DNA from: an uncultured archaeon | GTDB lineage: Archaea > Asgardarchaeota > Thorarchaeia > Thorarchaeales > Thorarchaeaceae | Direction: 5' to 3' | NCBI GenBank assembly: GCA_964610875.1 | Contig: CAZSWP010000043.1 | Span: 1-30,821, forward strand | DNA length: 30,821 bases | In this document: positions 27,752 through 30,821 of the stretch, one piece after another | Layout of the letters: every line of letters begins with the position of its first letter | How positions within the stretch are numbered: the first letter of the stretch is position 1 | Notes under the pieces: generated by a model | Database searches by the model: none | Told to the model about the DNA's origin: nothing | The model's input: only the letters and a program-made list of their open reading frames with translations | Made by a program: the position numbers and the translations under genes

Positions 27752-27863
27752 TGTTTTATCACACAATCGCGAATTCCTTATTATGGTTTCCAAATGATTA
27801 CTAGCATTGGCTGTGATGCTTTGCCAAGGATTTGAAACGCATGATAAAATCAATCCAATTGAC

Positions 27864-28256
27864 TCAATGTGCCGCGCTAGAGGCGGACCGTTTGCGAATG
27901 TTGAAACCTCCACTATGACACTGTTCGCGGCTCCAGTCTGTTAGGTCATCAAGTATTGCAACGAGTCAGAGGCGGCTCTCTGTGAGCCCATAATCTACAC
28001 GAGGAGGAACTTCATCATAGCTTTTCCGTGATAGTAGACCTAGGATACAGAGTTCAGAAAGTTTCTTTGATAGAGTTGAGTCGCTGATTTCATTTTTTGT
28101 AGATTTGGCAAGATGATTCTTAATTTCAGAGTATCGAAGGTGAATATCCTGCGAACCTAATAAGAGAATAATGGGGATTGTCCATTTATGCCCAAGAAGT
28201 TTCACAACGTCTTCTAACGGTTTGAGACACGTCTGAAAATCTAATCTCTGCGACAT
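27864..28256 (-). pseudogene. HxlR-family regulator interrupted by an in-frame TGA
   Basis: Past the TGA at 27966-27968 the frame reads LVAILDDLTDWSREQCHSGGFNIRKR, matching the paralog's LYDILNQIADWTREQCHNGMLNITKR; 130 codons in total, same as the paralog. Confidence 0.8.
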
Positions 28257-28257
28257 A

Positions 28258-28276
28258 TACTCATATCGGATGTAGC
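28258..28276. promoter_or_regulatory. Putative HxlR operator
   Basis: Minus strand GCTACATCCGATATGAGTA immediately before ATG 28256. Confidence 0.5.
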
Positions 28277-28529
28277 ATACATTGATGATCAATCTTCTGT
28301 ATCAGTACCTGTGTTCTTTCTGGAATACTCATAGTATGAGCCTGTAAGAGTTCTGACATAAATTCAAAGATTCTAAAAAAAGAATTGAAGGGGATTGAAG
28401 TTTCTCTTTTTAAACGGATTTGATCATTTCATTCAGATTGAGAAATCATCAACATGACGTTTGTTTTTTCATCTAATCGAAGGATCCACCCATTATTCAA
28501 TCCCCGTGGGAATGATTCTGCTCGAAGTT

Positions 28530-29321
28530 CTATTTCATCATTTTTTGCTTCATATCAGCCTCTTCACTCCATTTGCTCTTGATTTTGATACTCAACCAAA
28601 AGAAGAATCCTATGAAGAGGACCAGAACAGCTGAATCTAGTACTGGTCCATAGAGGGTAATTCCTTCAAGTGCATATCTCAGCAAATCGTTTGCGTATGT
28701 AAGTGGCGAAAAAGCTGCAATAATCTGTCCCCATTCTGGCAAGCTTTCAATAGGTATGAATAAGCCACTAATGAATATCAAAGGCAGACGAACGAAATTA
28801 AGGAGCATCATGACATCTCCAGGATTTTCTGTGGGGATTGAACCAAACATTATGCCCATCATAGCGAAACAAAATGATGCAAGTATCAAGCCAGCTGCAA
28901 AGAATATGATACTAACGACTTGAACCTCAAACCATACAAGACCTATTATCAGCGGTAAAGTTCCTATGACCACACTAAAGAAAAATCCTCCGAGTGTTTT
29001 GCCGAATAATATTGAGTTAAACGATATCGGTGCAGACATGAGCCTTTCGAATGTTTTCACTCTTCTTTCAGTCGGAATGACCATGGGTCCAATTGAGGAA
29101 GAACTGAACAAGATTGTGATGGCTATTAGTCCCGGAATCAATGTGGCTACAGGTGCGTTTTTTCCCACAGCGAATGAAAGGAACATAAAGAGTGGGAACA
29201 ATATCGCGAACATGAGGGTACCGGGTTTTAGGTAATAGATTCGCGCGTCTTTCTTCATAATTGCCCATGAAGCCATTAGATTAGCTTTGAAATATGATAC
29301 GGTAGTATTAGAACTATTCAT
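28530..29321 (-). CDS. ABC-2 type exporter permease
   Basis: ERRVKTFERLMSAP, FISGLFIP, SPLTYAND. Confidence 0.9.
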   Translation of the reverse strand: MNSSNTTVSYFKANLMASWAIMKKDARIYYLKPGTLMFAILFPLFMFLSFAVGKNAPVATLIPGLIAITILFSSSSIGPMVIPTERRVKTFERLMSAPISFNSILFGKTLGGFFFSVVIGTLPLIIGLVWFEVQVVSIIFFAAGLILASFCFAMMGIMFGSIPTENPGDVMMLLNFVRLPLIFISGLFIPIESLPEWGQIIAAFSPLTYANDLLRYALEGITLYGPVLDSAVLVLFIGFFFWLSIKIKSKWSEEADMKQKMMK

Positions 29322-30274
29322 TTATTTGCCTCCTTCACATCAATTTCAGTAAGTCTGACAAAAACATCCTCAAGATTGGGACCATGTGTGTTGATTGCAA
29401 TAGGTCGCAAATTGCTGCCTCTAAGGTACTCCCACAAGTCCCAAAGAACTGTCGATGTATCATGGGTATACAACAGAAATTTGTTCCCGACTTTACGGAC
29501 CTTGTTCACCATCTGAATTTCTTCAAAGTGCTTAATACTCACAGATGAAGCGTCATTCAATTCGATTTCTATCGATTGAACGCTCTCAATTGTTTGCTTC
29601 AGTCTTTCGGGGCGATCTATTGCAGCTATCTTCCCCTTGTGAATGATGGCAACTCTATTGCAGGTCAAGCTTGCCTCTTCGATATCGTGTGTTGTTATGA
29701 ATATCGTCACACCTGATTCATTAAGCTGTTTAATCACATCCTTGATTATTAAGACGCTCTGGACATCAAGACCGGATGTTGGTTCGTCCAGGAAAAGTAA
29801 TTGTGGATTGTTTATTAGACCCATGGCGATTGTAAGACGCCGCTTCATTCCCTTCGAAAATTCTTTGGCTTTGTTTTTTCTTCGGTCATAAAGGTCAAAC
29901 ATCTCCAGGAGCTCTTCAGATCGCTTCTCTCTCTCAGGCTTACCAACTTGATAGAGCTCTCCAGTAAATAACATATTATCCCAAGCAGAGAGATCGTTAT
30001 AAACGTTGGAAATTTCTGGGACAATTCCCATGTATCTTTTAGCAGCAATTGTTGCATTTTGAATTTCATGTCCGAAGATATGAGCTGTTCCATTACTTGG
30101 TTGAGTCAGACCTGTGAACATCCTAATAGTCGTGGTTTTACCTGCTCCATTTGGTCCCAAAAAGCCAAAAATCTCACCCTTTTTGACTTCGAAAGTTATG
30201 TGGTCCACTGCCAAGAGCTTGCCATAGTATTTTGTCAGATTCTTAGTTTCAATCGCATTTTCCAAATTTCTCAT
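29318..30274 (-). CDS. ABC exporter ATP-binding protein (DrrA-like)
   Basis: GPNGAGKTT, FSKGMKRR, LFLDEPTSG, TTH; start ATG 30274 or TTG 30265. Confidence 0.92.
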   Translation of the reverse strand: MRNLENAIETKNLTKYYGKLLAVDHITFEVKKGEIFGFLGPNGAGKTTTIRMFTGLTQPSNGTAHIFGHEIQNATIAAKRYMGIVPEISNVYNDLSAWDNMLFTGELYQVGKPEREKRSEELLEMFDLYDRRKNKAKEFSKGMKRRLTIAMGLINNPQLLFLDEPTSGLDVQSVLIIKDVIKQLNESGVTIFITTHDIEEASLTCNRVAIIHKGKIAAIDRPERLKQTIESVQSIEIELNDASSVSIKHFEEIQMVNKVRKVGNKFLLYTHDTSTVLWDLWEYLRGSNLRPIAINTHGPNLEDVFVRLTEIDVKEANK

Positions 30275-30647
30275 CTCCTTCTTTTGCTTCTGCAAAGTGC
30301 ATATCGTAATATTGAACCAGACTATCCATCAATCGTCTTCTTAGTTTCACCATTTCCAACCCTTCCTGTAATACTCTCAGTCCACTCTCCGTTAATGTAT
30401 AGACCCTGCGATCTGCACCAGACTCCTTCTCTTTCCACTTTGATGTTACAAGTCCCCTTTTCTCCATCCTTCTGAGCATTGTGTAAATTGAGCCGGTTTC
30501 AGGTACATAATTCCCAAAGGTGATTCGCTCCAAGTCTTCCATAATCCGATATCCATGGGAAGGATTAGCATGCAATATTCGTAGTATTAGCAGCTGGATC
30601 AGCCCCCTGCCAGGATAATGACAGGAGCCATGTCGTGGTTCAAACAT
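30249..30647 (-). CDS. PadR-family transcriptional regulator
   Basis: RGLIQLLIL, HGY, GSIYTMLRRMEKRGLV, RRVYTLTESG; start ATG 30647 or 30656. Confidence 0.92.
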   Translation of the reverse strand: MFEPRHGSCHYPGRGLIQLLILRILHANPSHGYRIMEDLERITFGNYVPETGSIYTMLRRMEKRGLVTSKWKEKESGADRRVYTLTESGLRVLQEGLEMVKLRRRLMDSLVQYYDMHFAEAKEGDEKFGKCD

Positions 30648-30690
30648 ATATATCATTTATATATGTAACAATGATATGTATATAAATGAT
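30644..30690. promoter_or_regulatory. Overlapping inverted repeats at the padR start (autoregulatory operator)
   Basis: ACATATATA-N5-TATATATGT (30644-30666) and ATCATTTATATA-N15-TATATAAATGAT (30652-30690). Confidence 0.6.
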
Positions 30691-30821
30691 TTCTTTGTGA
30701 ACATAGCAGAAACAATACTAGATAGAAGACGTGAATCCAATCCAAGAATTCTTACTTTAGTTTCTCTTCGCTATCCTTTATTCAAATATGGAGGTACTTG
30801 GTTTGACAGTAAACAATATAC

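Noticed and set aside
27752-27913. 54-aa N-terminal extension of the ABC ATPase
   Set aside because: It overlaps the read-through tail of the HxlR pseudogene; ABC homology starts at ATG 27751.
1202-30475. Numerous short antisense or alternate-frame ORFs in the track (e.g. 2869-3195, 5351-5755, 13435-13941, 16688-17143, 30059-30475)
   Set aside because: They are shadows of well-supported genes and show no recognisable motifs.
1-30821. CRISPR array, tRNA/rRNA, transposase, integrase or terminal inverted repeats
   Set aside because: No regularly spaced direct repeats, structural RNA signatures or mobility-gene motifs were seen.

Overview
AT-rich archaeal window (GGTGA/GGAGG-type RBSs, TATA boxes). 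The protein repertoire, especially the giant surface protein, suggests an Asgard archaeon, probably Thorarchaeia (inference). Bases ~1.7-12.3 kb form a metalloid/thiol-redox cluster: a CxC-type ArsR, rhodanese, a TauE/SafE exporter, Acr3 plus an Acr3-like paralog, an MTH895-type thioredoxin, CcdA-TlpA and four DGC domains. Embedded in it is a tightly packed six-gene operon: a stand-alone HdrA-N-terminal-like domain, a 2[4Fe-4S] ferredoxin, a DGC-GcvH (lipoyl carrier) fusion with the lipoyl Lys intact, two DGC proteins and a GVCGC small protein. A shared ATATCGAT-N4-ATCGATAT operator links this operon to acr3. It is the best candidate for an undescribed system, a lipoate/dithiol-based arsenite or sulfur handling relay. 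The rest of the window holds a heme-b membrane protein, a P2A Ca2+-ATPase, a fluoride riboswitch with a visible start-codon-sequestering platform ahead of a crcB pair, a 2.7k-aa beta-helix/Ig-like surface protein, and two regulator-ATPase-permease ABC-2 modules. Several gene remnants and an unannotated 48-aa Cys/His protein were also found. All family calls are by eye from motifs; no searches were run.
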